Shown: positions 21,384-30,598 of the stretch, in pieces
How the letters are laid out: every line of letters starts with the position of its first letter
Numbering within the stretch: the first letter of the stretch is position 1
DNA from: Acidiferrobacterales bacterium
Lineage (GTDB): Bacteria > Pseudomonadota > Gammaproteobacteria > Acidiferrobacterales > SPGG2
Length of the DNA: 64,000 bases
NCBI GenBank assembly: GCA_046759385.1
Contig: JBHICC010000002.1
Span: 19,431-83,430 of the forward strand
Direction of reading: 5' to 3'
Notes under the pieces: model-generated
What the model was told of the DNA's origin: nothing
Databases searched by the model: none
What the model saw: the letters and a program-made list of their open reading frames with translations, nothing else
Program-made: the position numbers and the translations under genes

Positions 21384-22658
21384 TTAGCTGTCGGTGTAGA
21401 GGTGGGCGCGGCTCCACAGTAGGTCGTTGTCCAGCGGGCGTGCGAACGTTACCTGAAACAGCTGCAATGTGCTGGTGGTGAACCCGGCAATCGATCCCGA
21501 CAGATAAAGGCGCCACGCACGGATGAAATCTTGGTCGAACATCTTGGCGATGCGCTCGCCGTGTTGTTCAAACCGATCGAGCCAATGCTCTAAGGTTTTG
21601 GCATAGTGCAACCTCAGATTTTCCACGTCTAGTACCGAGAACTCGCGCGGTTCGAACACAGCCATTATCTCCCGCAACGACGGCGGGCAAGCACCCGGGA
21701 AGATCCGCTTCTCTATCCACGGGTTCAATGTTCCGGGTCTGTTGCGGCCGATCGTATGGATCAGTCCACGCCCGGAGTCCGTGAGAGAGCGGTGAATAAT
21801 CTCTCCGAGTTCCGAATAATGGTTCACCCCGACATGCTCGAGCATCCCGACGGAGACGAAAACATCGTATTGCCCGCGAATGTTACGGTAATCATCTTCG
21901 ATGTATTCAACCCGATCGGCGAGTCCTTCGACTTTGGCACGCTCGCGTGCGTAAACGATCTGCTCATGCGATATGTTGAAAGCCTTGACCTTCGCACCGT
22001 AATGCCGGGCCATGTGGCGAGCGAGCCCGCCCCAACCACAGCCCGCCTCGACCACACTGTCGCCTGGCTTCAATTGCAGCTTGCGGCTCACGTGGTCCAT
22101 TTTCGCGAGTTGTGCTGCCTCGAGCGACATCGAAGGGTCGGGGAAGTAAGCGCACGTGTACTGCATCTCCTTGTCGAGCCACAGCTCATAGAAATCGTTG
22201 GAGATGTCATAATGATGATGGATGTTGTCCTTGGAGCTACGAAGCGTATTGGAACGCGGCCGATTTATCACTGCGTGCAGCGGTTTCAACGCACCCACGC
22301 GCGAAGCGTTGCGTGCAGCGCGGCTCACGGTTTCGAGAAAGTGCACGAAATTGCCTTCTACTTCGATGCGGCCAACGCTGTAAAGATCACCGAAGTGTAA
22401 AGCCGGGTGCACTAGCAGCCTGTAAAACGCACCGCGATCGTGGATACGCGCGCGCGCAACCGGGTTGTTTGATCCGCTGCTAAACTCCTCGCCATTCCAA
22501 AGGGTAATGCTGATCGGTGGGCGGTTCAGCATCGCTAGCATTCGCTGCGCTAGCCACCGATCGACCGCCGTGACACGCTGCTCTGGAGTGCTGGCATCTA
22601 AGGCACCGCTGCCGTTTGCAGCTGGAAGACTAAGTGGTACGGCTTTGGCTTTTTTCAT
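21384..22658 (-). CDS. cfa: cyclopropane-fatty-acyl-phospholipid synthase family methyltransferase
   Basis: SAM motif VVEAGCGWGGLARHMA, HYD.SNDFY and the CMAS-type C-terminal half. The start is taken at ATG 22658, preceded by GGGGGA; the ORF track begins at 22694. Confidence 0.8.
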   Translation of the reverse strand: MKKAKAVPLSLPAANGSGALDASTPEQRVTAVDRWLAQRMLAMLNRPPISITLWNGEEFSSGSNNPVARARIHDRGAFYRLLVHPALHFGDLYSVGRIEVEGNFVHFLETVSRAARNASRVGALKPLHAVINRPRSNTLRSSKDNIHHHYDISNDFYELWLDKEMQYTCAYFPDPSMSLEAAQLAKMDHVSRKLQLKPGDSVVEAGCGWGGLARHMARHYGAKVKAFNISHEQIVYARERAKVEGLADRVEYIEDDYRNIRGQYDVFVSVGMLEHVGVNHYSELGEIIHRSLTDSGRGLIHTIGRNRPGTLNPWIEKRIFPGACPPSLREIMAVFEPREFSVLDVENLRLHYAKTLEHWLDRFEQHGERIAKMFDQDFIRAWRLYLSGSIAGFTTSTLQLFQVTFARPLDNDLLWSRAHLYTDS

Positions 22659-22833
22659 GGTATCCCCCGCAGTGGCCGATGGCTCACGACGCATCGACTA
22701 TATCCTAATGCCAAATCTTCAGTCTGACAATTTCGGCAGTCGTGATCCTGCCTATGGCATGGACCCAGGCGTATACCCCAGCGTATCCTCACGCGACTTG
22801 GGCGCTGTCAAATGCCCCGCGAGCCTGGAAGCT

Positions 22834-23616
22834 ATGCAGGAGACGGAGATCACCCTAGTCCCGGTATGCCCGCGTGCAGGGCAGATTTTGGCCGACGTCT
22901 CGCGCCTGACCCATATCGGACCCTACGCGCTGTTGCCAAAACAGCCGCAGTGGCTTCACGACTATTACTTGGACACAGCCGATCAAGCGCTACGCGCGCA
23001 GCGGTTCGCTCTAAGGCTTCGGCAAGTCGAGCAGCAATGGTGGCTAACCCTTAAAGGGGCGCCCAAGGTTACGGACTACGGTGCACTGGAGCGTCTGGAG
23101 ATCGAGTACCTCTGGTCAGCTGATGGACCGGCACGAATATGCGAGGCGCTTGCGCAACGAAACGTCATTCTGCGAGTCGGTGGCCCAAGTATTAAGGAGT
23201 GCGATGCTCTGACCGCGCTCGCCGCGCTGGGACTGGTCCAGATCCAGGTGCACGACAATAACAGGGAACTGCGCGACGTAGTTACTTGTGAGGGGAAACA
23301 GCGACTCATTGCCGAACTGGCGCTTGATCGCGTGCGCTACCGGTTTGGTCACACTGATCTTCATCATTATGAGCTCGAACTGGAGTCTAAGGCCCGCGAT
23401 GGTAGTAATGTGTTAAGACCAATGAGCCAGTTATTGCTCACACGCTACGGGCCCGATCTTCGCATCTGGTGTCATAGCAAGCTAGCAACGGGTTTAGCGT
23501 TGTGTGCCTTATTGAATGAGCACGCCGTCAATGCTATGCGAGACCATGTGGGCGATGTCTGCCCGAGCGTCTATGATCTGGTCGATCGTTACCTCGGCCG
23601 CTCGGATGTCAGCTAG
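22834..23616 (+). CDS. CYTH domain-containing protein
   Basis: The start is taken at ATG 22834 (MQETEITLV, ExExK-like). YYLDTADQALRAQRFALRLR and WWLTLKG are typical CYTH strands. The 5' part of the tracked ORF overlaps cfa and is discounted. Confidence 0.6.
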   Translation: MQETEITLVPVCPRAGQILADVSRLTHIGPYALLPKQPQWLHDYYLDTADQALRAQRFALRLRQVEQQWWLTLKGAPKVTDYGALERLEIEYLWSADGPARICEALAQRNVILRVGGPSIKECDALTALAALGLVQIQVHDNNRELRDVVTCEGKQRLIAELALDRVRYRFGHTDLHHYELELESKARDGSNVLRPMSQLLLTRYGPDLRIWCHSKLATGLALCALLNEHAVNAMRDHVGDVCPSVYDLVDRYLGRSDVS

Positions 23617-23637
23617 GTCAATCAAATAACGACTGCC

Positions 23638-24348
23638 ATGCTAGTGGATCGAAGTAAAGGTGCGCCATGGAGTCTATCAGTGACTCTAATGCTCGCTTTG
23701 ATTGTTGGTGTCGTGTATTTCGGCGCACAGAACGCAACTTTTCTTTTTGTGTCGCAAGTCGTCGCCGACCCGCGAATAGAGCAGTCGTTTGGTTTGCTTG
23801 TTTCACTCGCGACGATTGTGGCCGCCTCGCTCGGAGTAGGTTTAACCGTTTTTTTTGCAGCTCTGCGTAAAGACTTTCCGCTCAAGGCGTATCTGGCGTT
23901 CCATCGACCGGCTACCGAACAACTACGAGTCTGGGCCGCATATCTAGTGCTTTTTATGTTAGCGCTGCATGCAGTCGCGTACGTGTTGGGTCGTCCGTTC
24001 GTCACCGAATTCGAGGCACAGCTCTACAAGACCGCGCAGAACATACCGCTGCTGCTTCTTACAGTTGTCGCGGCGGCGCCGATATTCGAGGAGCTTTTTG
24101 TTCGAGGCTTTATCTATCAGGGGTTGGCCAGCTCTCGTATCGGACCCACAGGCGCCATCATTGTAACGGCCGCGTTGTGGTCGAGCATACATGTTCAATA
24201 TGACCCGATTGAAATGGGCATGATCTTCGCTGGGGGCTTGTTGTTAGGCTATGCGAGGCTGAGAAGCGATTCGATATTCATCCCTATCGGAATGCATGCG
24301 TTGTGGAACTTGACCTCCTCGGTTGAGACAATGTTGTTGCTAGATTAG
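23638..24348 (+). CDS. CPBP-family intramembrane glutamic endopeptidase (CAAX protease-like)
   Basis: Polytopic, with motif 1 EELFVRGFIY and motif HALWN. Confidence 0.8.
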   Translation: MLVDRSKGAPWSLSVTLMLALIVGVVYFGAQNATFLFVSQVVADPRIEQSFGLLVSLATIVAASLGVGLTVFFAALRKDFPLKAYLAFHRPATEQLRVWAAYLVLFMLALHAVAYVLGRPFVTEFEAQLYKTAQNIPLLLLTVVAAAPIFEELFVRGFIYQGLASSRIGPTGAIIVTAALWSSIHVQYDPIEMGMIFAGGLLLGYARLRSDSIFIPIGMHALWNLTSSVETMLLLD

Positions 24349-24393
24349 GCGCCCGCATCGGTACAACAATCTAAGACAAAGTGGAGGAGCGAG

Positions 24394-24792
24394 ATGCCGG
24401 AGGACGCGCTACCGCAAGACCGACACCCCGCGCTTAGGGTCGTTCCCATGCCGGCGGATACCAACAGTGTCGGTGACATTTTCGGCGGCTGGATCATGTC
24501 GCATGTCGACGTCGCCGGCGCTATCGCCGCGATTCGGCGTGCCCGCGGGCGCGTCGTAACCGTGGCCGTGAATGCACTGACCTTTAGGAAACCGGTGCTG
24601 GTCGGGGATGTGGTGAGCTTTTACGCCGACGTCGAGCGGGTCGGGCGCACATCGATAACCGTCAAGGTAGATGTCTACGCCGAACGGCGGCTCGCATCGC
24701 AGGAATGTGTGAAGGTTACCGAAGCCACGCTCACCTACGTCGCCATTGATGATAATCGGCGACCGCGCGTGGTGCCGTCTGAAAATTCCTGA
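24394..24792 (+). CDS. acyl-CoA thioesterase (YciA-like hotdog fold)
   Basis: 132 aa. MPADTNSVGDIFGGWIMSHVDVAG closely follows the YciA/4HBT pattern. Confidence 0.8.
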   Translation: MPEDALPQDRHPALRVVPMPADTNSVGDIFGGWIMSHVDVAGAIAAIRRARGRVVTVAVNALTFRKPVLVGDVVSFYADVERVGRTSITVKVDVYAERRLASQECVKVTEATLTYVAIDDNRRPRVVPSENS

Positions 24793-24886
24793 GTGCATAG
24801 ATGAGTGAAATGTACATCGCCTTGCCTTGTGATAGAGTCGGCACACACTCCGAACACTAATCGTCGTTGATCCCAACGCCAAAGCC

Positions 24887-25987
24887 ATGGACTTTCTAAA
24901 GGCCATCGATTTCTGGATCGTTCTCGCGGCGGCCCTGATCGGATACATCATAGCCCTTCTCCTGGGTCGCGTTGTCGCCCGGTATGCAAAGCGGTTCGAG
25001 AGCAAGGTTGCGGACGCGCTACTGAGGCACAGCCTCCGTCCCTTGGAGCTTTTCCTACCGTTCTTCTTCGCGCGCGTCGTTCAGCCACTGCTCGAGCTTG
25101 AGGCGACGATCGCGCCCGTTGCGCGGCACACCGTAACGCTGATCCTGATGTTTGCCTTTGCGTGGTTTTTGGTCTCGCTGACAGCGGTCCTCGACGAGTA
25201 TCTCCACCACCGCTTCCTGACGGGCGAACGCGACGATGTGCGTGCCCGGCGGATAATCACGCGAATGGGTGTGCTGCGACGGGCATTGGTCGTTGTCATC
25301 GTCGTCGTGGCAGCGGGGTCGATGCTCATGAGCTTTCCGGCCGCCCGTGCGCTCGGTGCAAGCCTGCTAGCCTCGGCTGGCATCGTGGGTCTTATTTTGG
25401 GTATTGCTGCACGTCCGGCGGCCGAGAACCTGATCGCGGGCCTGCAGATCGCGCTCACCGAGCCCATAACTATCGATGATGCCGTCATCGTGCATGGCGA
25501 CTGGGGCTGGATCGAGGAGATTACGATGACCTATGTGGTCGTCCGCACTTGGGATTGGCGCAGGCTGATCGTACCCATTAGCTATTTCAACAGTCAGACG
25601 TTTCAGAACTGGAGCCGAAAGAGCTCCGACCTGTTGGGTACCGTTACTGTAGAAGTAGACTACATCACCCCAGTGGCTGAGGTGCGCGAGGCGGTAAAAG
25701 AGATCGTCGAAGCTTCGGTCCTGTGGGACAAGAACGTGTGGAATGTCCAAGTGGTCGAAGCGGGAGAGCGCACTGTGCGCCTGCGCATTTTGGCGAGCGC
25801 AAAGGATCCTCCCACCGCCTGGGACCTACGCTGTGAAATCCGTGAGAAGCTGATCGGATATCTGCAGCAGCACCATCCCTATGCGTTACCGCGGCTGCGT
25901 GCGACAGTCGACAGCGATGCGCACGTAAATCTATCTACTTCGACGCCGCGCCCATCGACCGCCAAGCGCAGAAAAAAAGCAGGCTGA
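24887..25987 (+). CDS. mechanosensitive ion channel (MscS) family protein
   Basis: 366 aa with N-terminal TM helices and an MscS pore/beta-domain segment (ENLIAGLQIALTEPITIDDAVIVHGDWGWIEEI). Confidence 0.8.
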   Translation: MDFLKAIDFWIVLAAALIGYIIALLLGRVVARYAKRFESKVADALLRHSLRPLELFLPFFFARVVQPLLELEATIAPVARHTVTLILMFAFAWFLVSLTAVLDEYLHHRFLTGERDDVRARRIITRMGVLRRALVVVIVVVAAGSMLMSFPAARALGASLLASAGIVGLILGIAARPAAENLIAGLQIALTEPITIDDAVIVHGDWGWIEEITMTYVVVRTWDWRRLIVPISYFNSQTFQNWSRKSSDLLGTVTVEVDYITPVAEVREAVKEIVEASVLWDKNVWNVQVVEAGERTVRLRILASAKDPPTAWDLRCEIREKLIGYLQQHHPYALPRLRATVDSDAHVNLSTSTPRPSTAKRRKKAG

Positions 25988-25988
25988 C

Positions 25989-27782
25989 CTAGGATTCGTC
26001 CGGTGGCGGCGCGACCTTGACTACTTCGTCGATCGTCGTTAGTCCCGCGTGGATCTTTTTCGCCCCGCTCAGCCGCAGCGGCTGCATACCCTCCTTAACA
26101 GCCTGCTCGCGTATGAGTGCGACCTCAACGTCAGGTTTGATCGACTGACAGAGCGTAGGCGACATCGTGAGCATTTCATAAATGCCGATCCGTCCCATGT
26201 AACCGGTGTTGCGGCATTCGGAACACCCGTTTGGTAGGAAAACAGACTGCGGTTTCGTAGCCGTCCACGGTTGTACCAGGTTTTGCCAGGCCTCGTTCTC
26301 GAGTACACCGGGTTGCTTGCAGTGTGGGCAAAGCGTACGCACAAGCCGTTGTGCCACGACGCCCAACACGGTGGCGTTAATCAGATACGCGGGGATGCCG
26401 ATCTCGAGCAGACGCGTGATTGCTGACGGCGCATCATTGGTGTGCAAGGTGGAAAGCACCAGGTGACCGGTGAGCGCCGCTTGAACGGTCATTTCGCCGG
26501 TTTCCAGGTCACGAATCTCACCGACCATGATGATGTCGGGGTCCTGGCGCAATAATGCCCGCACCCCCTCAGCAAACCCCAAGCCGATATTCTGCTGTAC
26601 TTGCATCTGATTAAAACTCGCTTCAACCATCTCAATCGGATCTTCGACCGTGCAAACGTTCACTTCGGTTCGCGCGAGCTGCTTGAGTGTCGAGTAAAGC
26701 GTCGTTGTCTTGCCGGAGCCTGTTGGGCCTGTCACAAGGACGATCCCGTGCGGTTGCTCCACCATCGCTTCCCAGCACTTGATCTCGTTTGTGCTCAGGC
26801 CGAGCTCCGTGAAGCTGCGAGCAAGTACGCTGGGGTCGAAAATCCGCATCACGAGCTTTTCGCCGAGCGCGGTTGGAATCGTTGAAAGGCGCAGTTCGAC
26901 CTCATTACCAACCGGCGTCTTGGTTTTGAGCCGTCCGTCTTGCGGCCGCCGCTTTTCTGCAACGTCCATGCGCCCCAGAGTTTTCACACGACTAACGATC
27001 GCGCCCAGTACCGCTGCCGGTACCTGGTAGACGAGATGCAGCACGCCATCGATGCGGAAACGGATGTCGCTCTTGTCCCGCCGTGGCTCGAGGTGGATAT
27101 CACTGGCGCGCTGGTCGAACGCATACTGTAGAAGCCAGTCCACGATGTGGACGATGTGATGGTCGTCAGCATCGAGTCTGCCCGTACGGCCGAGCTCGAT
27201 TAGTTGTTCGAGGTTGGTAATGACGCTGGGCTGTGCGCCTGTTTTGGGATCCAGTTTCGCGCGTCGGATCGAGCGACTAACGGTATAAAACTCCGCCAGG
27301 TAACGATCGATATCAGCCGGGTTGGCAAGCACGAGGACGATTTTCTTGCGCAACACACGGCTGAGTTCATCCTGCCAATCGATGACAAAGGGCTCGCAGG
27401 TCGCGATGACAACACTATCGGCGTTCACCGAGATCGGCAGGATCTTACGGCGAGCGGCGTACGCGTGTGACATCACACCCGTGCAGGCGTCAACATCCAT
27501 TTTTAGGGGATCGATGCGCTGATAAGGTAGACCTACCCTATTGGCTAGCCACATAGTTAACGCCTCTAAGGTCAACCGTTCTTTTTCGTTCTTAGCGCTT
27601 CGCAGATCTTGATTGGCAATGATCGCGAGGGGATGCAAATCGCGACTCCGCTGACCGTTAGCGAGCACTTGACTTACATCATCGCGACTTACTAACCCAT
27701 CGCTAGCCAAGTCATTCAATAGATCACGCAAATTCAGCGTGCCGCTGTGTTTCTTGGCTGATCGTTGGCCCGGGTTCGGCAA
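25989..27782 (-). CDS. GspE/PulE/PilB-family secretion ATPase (orphan)
   Basis: 597 aa with a TTG start. Walker A GPTGSGKTTT, Walker B DPDIIMVGEIRD, His-box GHLVLSTLHTND, tetracysteine CPHC...CSEC, and an N-terminal T2SSE_N-like domain. Confidence 0.85.
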   Translation of the reverse strand: MPNPGQRSAKKHSGTLNLRDLLNDLASDGLVSRDDVSQVLANGQRSRDLHPLAIIANQDLRSAKNEKERLTLEALTMWLANRVGLPYQRIDPLKMDVDACTGVMSHAYAARRKILPISVNADSVVIATCEPFVIDWQDELSRVLRKKIVLVLANPADIDRYLAEFYTVSRSIRRAKLDPKTGAQPSVITNLEQLIELGRTGRLDADDHHIVHIVDWLLQYAFDQRASDIHLEPRRDKSDIRFRIDGVLHLVYQVPAAVLGAIVSRVKTLGRMDVAEKRRPQDGRLKTKTPVGNEVELRLSTIPTALGEKLVMRIFDPSVLARSFTELGLSTNEIKCWEAMVEQPHGIVLVTGPTGSGKTTTLYSTLKQLARTEVNVCTVEDPIEMVEASFNQMQVQQNIGLGFAEGVRALLRQDPDIIMVGEIRDLETGEMTVQAALTGHLVLSTLHTNDAPSAITRLLEIGIPAYLINATVLGVVAQRLVRTLCPHCKQPGVLENEAWQNLVQPWTATKPQSVFLPNGCSECRNTGYMGRIGIYEMLTMSPTLCQSIKPDVEVALIREQAVKEGMQPLRLSGAKKIHAGLTTIDEVVKVAPPPDES

Positions 27783-27924
27783 CTTCTTTCCCTTGTGGCG
27801 GAGAGCTAACGGGATTATAGCGCCGTCCGATTTTTGGGTCTGAATCTCCTGGCGAGTGGTGCAAAGCAGGTGTCAAGTACCCCTCGTGTGTGGAATATTG
27901 AATCGAGGTACCATCCCAGAGCAC

Positions 27925-28947
27925 ATGCGAGCGGCCTACCTGATCGAACCCGGAAAGATCAAAATTCGTGAGGTCCCCGAACCTACGCCGGGGCCGGGCG
28001 AGCTCGTGATTCGGGTTGAATGCGCGCTTACCTGCGGAACAGATCTAAAGGCGTATCAACGCGGTCACCCGCTGATACCGATGCCGGGGCCATTCGGTCA
28101 TCAATATGCCGGGTCGCTTTCGTCCGTTGGCGAGGGTGTCTCTGAGTTCGAAGCTGACATGCCAATATGGGGCGTGCACAGTGGTCCTTGCGGCGAATGT
28201 CAGTATTGTCGAAAGACGCGTTACAACCTCTGCCCGTATCTGCAGCAGCAGATGGCGTTCGGTGCGTTTGGACAGTTCCTCCGTCTGCCCGCGCGGGTGG
28301 CGCGACACAATGTTTTGCCGCGCCCCGTTGGTATGCCGGCGGAGCGTGCGGCCTTTCTCGAGCCCGTCAGCTGTGTGGTGCACGCGCTGGCGCAGATCGA
28401 CTGGCGCGGCGTCGAGCGCGTGCTGCTCATCGGTTTGGGCTCTATGGGCCTTCTGTTTTGCCAGCTCTTGCCGCAGGTCACGAAAGCCAAGGTGGTGGCG
28501 ATCGGACGCAACGCACAGCGGGTCGCGATGGCGCGTGGTGGTGCACTTGAACAAGTCATTGAGGTGACCAGCGGCGGTGTAAATGGGACGATTAGTGACG
28601 CTGGTCCTTTTGACTGCGTGATCGAATGCACCGGGCGCGAAGACGGTTGGCGTAGCGCCTTCGAGTGGGTCATGCCAGGCGGACAGGTACTGTTTTTCGG
28701 TGGGCTACCGGGAAATACAACCTTTTCGATCGATACTTATAAGTTACATTATCAAGAACTGCGCCTCCTCGGCGCGTTTCATTTTGGCCCAACCGACGTG
28801 CGTAACGCCGCCCAACTTCTCGAGCAAGGGAGCTTGCGTGTGGCCGATCTCATAAGCGGTCGGCTGCCCCTCGACCAACTCGATGTCGGCCTTCAGCAAA
28901 TGGAGGCAGGGTCGGGGATCAAGTATGCTATTGATCCATGGGCCTAG
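27925..28947 (+). CDS. zinc-dependent alcohol dehydrogenase family protein (MDR), copy 1
   Basis: CGTDLKAY plus a GHQYAG motif (GHE-type position with Gln). Structural-Zn cysteines CGECQYCRKTRYNLC and Rossmann LIGLGSMG. The start is taken at ATG 27925. Confidence 0.8.
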   Translation: MRAAYLIEPGKIKIREVPEPTPGPGELVIRVECALTCGTDLKAYQRGHPLIPMPGPFGHQYAGSLSSVGEGVSEFEADMPIWGVHSGPCGECQYCRKTRYNLCPYLQQQMAFGAFGQFLRLPARVARHNVLPRPVGMPAERAAFLEPVSCVVHALAQIDWRGVERVLLIGLGSMGLLFCQLLPQVTKAKVVAIGRNAQRVAMARGGALEQVIEVTSGGVNGTISDAGPFDCVIECTGREDGWRSAFEWVMPGGQVLFFGGLPGNTTFSIDTYKLHYQELRLLGAFHFGPTDVRNAAQLLEQGSLRVADLISGRLPLDQLDVGLQQMEAGSGIKYAIDPWA

Positions 28948-28982
28948 CACGCACACCCGAGGCTAGCAATCAGACCAGTCCT

Positions 28983-30011
28983 ATGCGTCAAGCGGTGATT
29001 CGTAGTGCCACAGCCTTCGAAGTCATCGCTGTATCTAAACCAACCCTGCAGTCGCAAGATGAGCTGTTGTTGCGAACCGCCGCCTGCGGTATCTGCTCAG
29101 GCGACCTGATGGGGTGGTATCTCGAGCGCAAGGTGAATACCGTGCTCGGGCACGAGGTAGTCGGCTATGCCGACGAGGTCGGCTCAGGACTCCCTCATTT
29201 GCAGCGCGGGCAACTGGTGTTTGTGCATCATCACGCGCCTTGCATGGCGTGCCGCTTCTGCCGCACGGGCAATCATGTCCACTGTGAGACCTGGCGTAAG
29301 AGCCGACTCGATCCGGGTGGGATGGCGGAGTACATTCGCGTGCCGGCGGTAAACGCGCGCGAGGATGCATTTGCGATTGACGATCTCATGCCGGAGGTTG
29401 GCGCGTTCATCGAGCCATTAGCCTGCTCGGTAAAGGCGTTGGCACGCCTAGGTGAGCGTCCCAGGCAGCATGGTGTCATTGTCGGCTGCGGGGTCATGGG
29501 TCTGCTAAATATCGCCGCTGCGAGAGCCAGTGGTACCGAACTCGTGTGGGCGGTGGAGCCCGATCCGCTGCGCCGCGAGTTCGCGCGCGAGTTTGGTGCC
29601 GACGCGGTGTTCACCCCAGGTGAACTCGGACGGCGGGTGGGTTCATCCGCATTCGAGGGCGCCGATTACGTCATCGTCGGGCCGGGTAGCCCGGGGGTGA
29701 TCGTAGAGTCATTGGCTTACGTCAGGAACGGCGGCATTGTTGTGCTATTTACGCCGACGTCGAGCGATGCACGGACAGCGCTAGATTTTTGCGATCTGTA
29801 CTTTCGTGAGGTCAGTCTGGTGCCTTCGTACTCCTGTGGACCGGCGGATACGCGGCGTGCGTATGAGTTATTGCGTACCGGCGTCGTTAACGTCTCGCCG
29901 TTGGTCACGCACCGATTTCGGATCGACCAAATCCAGCAGGCCTATGAGACAGCAAAGCGGGGCGGACCTGCACTCAAGGTGCTGGTGGTTTTCGAGGACG
30001 GACCGCCGTGA
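28983..30011 (+). CDS. zinc-dependent alcohol dehydrogenase family protein (MDR), copy 2
   Basis: CGICSGDL, GHEVVG, structural-Zn CMACRFCRTGNHVHC and Rossmann VGCGVMG. The start is taken at ATG 28983. Confidence 0.8.
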   Translation: MRQAVIRSATAFEVIAVSKPTLQSQDELLLRTAACGICSGDLMGWYLERKVNTVLGHEVVGYADEVGSGLPHLQRGQLVFVHHHAPCMACRFCRTGNHVHCETWRKSRLDPGGMAEYIRVPAVNAREDAFAIDDLMPEVGAFIEPLACSVKALARLGERPRQHGVIVGCGVMGLLNIAAARASGTELVWAVEPDPLRREFAREFGADAVFTPGELGRRVGSSAFEGADYVIVGPGSPGVIVESLAYVRNGGIVVLFTPTSSDARTALDFCDLYFREVSLVPSYSCGPADTRRAYELLRTGVVNVSPLVTHRFRIDQIQQAYETAKRGGPALKVLVVFEDGPP

Positions 30012-30469
30012 CGCAGCACGAAGCTAAAGCCAAGCACGTTAGCCCAAGTCGCGTTCTTAAGTACGAGAACGGCTTTACGTGGCAGGACGCGGTGCGCAAG
30101 ATTTACAAGGATGAGCCCGGAAGTTGGCAAGGGGTGACGCGAACGGCCCTGATCGGTAGCTCCGATGAAACCCCAACGCCCTTCCACCTGCGTTATTTCG
30201 AGGTGGAAGTCGGTGGGTTCTCAAGTCTGGAAAAACACCAGCACGAGCATATCGTAGTGCTGATACGCGGGCGTGGCGAAGTGGTGCTCGGAGACTATAC
30301 GCATCCGCTGTCGTTCGGTGATGTCGTTTACATCGCCCCGTGGGAAATACATCAGTTCAGAAACGCCCTAGGGCCCGAACCGCTCGGATTTCTGTGTATG
30401 GTGCCGGCTGAACGTGACCACCCCGTGTTGGTGACGGCCGAGAAGCCAAGGCACACCCCCACCGAGTGA
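30008..30469 (+). CDS. cupin domain protein
   Basis: 153 aa with cupin motifs (GGFSSLEKHQHEH... and GDVVYIAPWEIHQF). Its start overlaps the stop of ADH copy 2 by 4 nt. Confidence 0.7.
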   Translation: MTQHEAKAKHVSPSRVLKYENGFTWQDAVRKIYKDEPGSWQGVTRTALIGSSDETPTPFHLRYFEVEVGGFSSLEKHQHEHIVVLIRGRGEVVLGDYTHPLSFGDVVYIAPWEIHQFRNALGPEPLGFLCMVPAERDHPVLVTAEKPRHTPTE

Positions 30470-30567
30470 TCCCGAGAGCGGCGCCAAGGTTGGCGCTGCA
30501 CCTGGCGCCTGAGCCACCACGCCGCTTGATGCTGAAAGAACTTTATGTGCACAACACATCGAACTTT

Positions 30568-30582
30568 TTGAACGATGTTCAA
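30568..30582. promoter_or_regulatory. perfect palindrome TTGAAC-gat-GTTCAA, candidate TetR operator
   Basis: 15-bp perfect inverted repeat 17 nt upstream of the TetR ATG at 30599. A second palindrome, ATGTG-cacaa-CACAT, lies at 30545-30559. Confidence 0.4.
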
Positions 30583-30598
30583 TACCCGACTAGACTTT

